NCBI GenBank assembly: GCA_046861655.1
Contig: JBHIAI010000030.1
Coordinates: 1 to 16,937 of the forward strand
From: Fidelibacterota bacterium
GTDB taxonomy: Bacteria > Fidelibacterota > Marinisomatia > Marinisomatales > S15-B10
Direction: 5' to 3'
DNA length: 16,937 nucleotides
The stretch's first letter is position 1; the number at the start of each line of letters is the position of its first letter. Below are positions 16,518-16,937 of the stretch, piece by piece. Made by a program: the position numbers and the translations under genes. The notes beneath the pieces were generated by a model. The model was not told the origin of the DNA, did not search any database, and saw only the letters and a list, made by a program, of their open reading frames with translations.

Positions 16518-16937
16518 TCATGAACGGGCGGCCGGTGTTGAGCCTACGTAAACCAGCGAACTGGAGGTGCGTGTGTCGGACAGGGAACTCAAGTAGGACT
16601 TCAACCCGACCCACAGACCCCTCATGAGATTGCCGTCGGCTTTTTTTTCGCTCAGGATGGAGACATAGAACGAATCAAAGGGAAGGGACCTGAGGTCCAC
16701 CACGGACAGACCGCACCTCTCCAACAGGGCCACCATGGAGGAATGGTGGAAATGGTAAAGGTGCCGCGGTACGTCATAGGCAGCCCACAGGTTCCGGTAA
16801 TGCCGGGCATCATACGATTCGTAATTGGGGGCGGCGATGATCACCCGTCCATCTTTCCGGAGACGATCGGAGACGGCCCTGAGATACCGGTTTACGTCAT
16901 GCACATGCTCCAGGGCGTGCCAGAAGGTCACCAGATC
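16518..16937 (-). CDS. Class I SAM-dependent methyltransferase, C-terminal part (5' end outside the window)
   Basis: DLVTFWHALEHVHD..LRKDGRVIIAAPNYESYDARHY..WAAYDVPRHLYHF..PFDSFYVSILSEK, typical of methyltransferases found beside FCB glycan genes. Confidence 0.88.
   Translation of the reverse strand, partial: DLVTFWHALEHVHDVNRYLRAVSDRLRKDGRVIIAAPNYESYDARHYRNLWAAYDVPRHLYHFHHSSMVALLERCGLSVVDLRSLPFDSFYVSILSEKKADGNLMRGLWVGLKSYLSSLSDTRTSSSLVYVGSTPAARS

Overview
Chromosomal housekeeping region of a moderately GC-rich diderm bacterium; the protein styles suggest the FCB superphylum, possibly Marinimicrobia-like (inference). Left, minus strand: a tightly packed parA-parB-M23 peptidase-bactofilin-atpZ-atpI-like run that leaves the window, probably into an ATP synthase operon. 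Middle, plus strand: SDR-type threonine dehydrogenase and kbl, then secD-secF and an EamA transporter. These are followed by a CCA-adding enzyme (minus) divergent from a DUF4835/PorD-like gene (plus). Right, minus strand: SAM methyltransferase, DUF1844, a DUF2723 (TMEM260-like) membrane glycosyltransferase and a GT2 glycosyltransferase. The main anomaly is that both glycosyltransferase genes are broken in the same way: a +1 frame change with apparent loss of a short conserved segment, and the two junctions share an 11/12-nt motif (CCAGAAWGAAAT). An assembly artefact cannot be excluded. No rRNA, tRNA, CRISPR array or transposase was seen.
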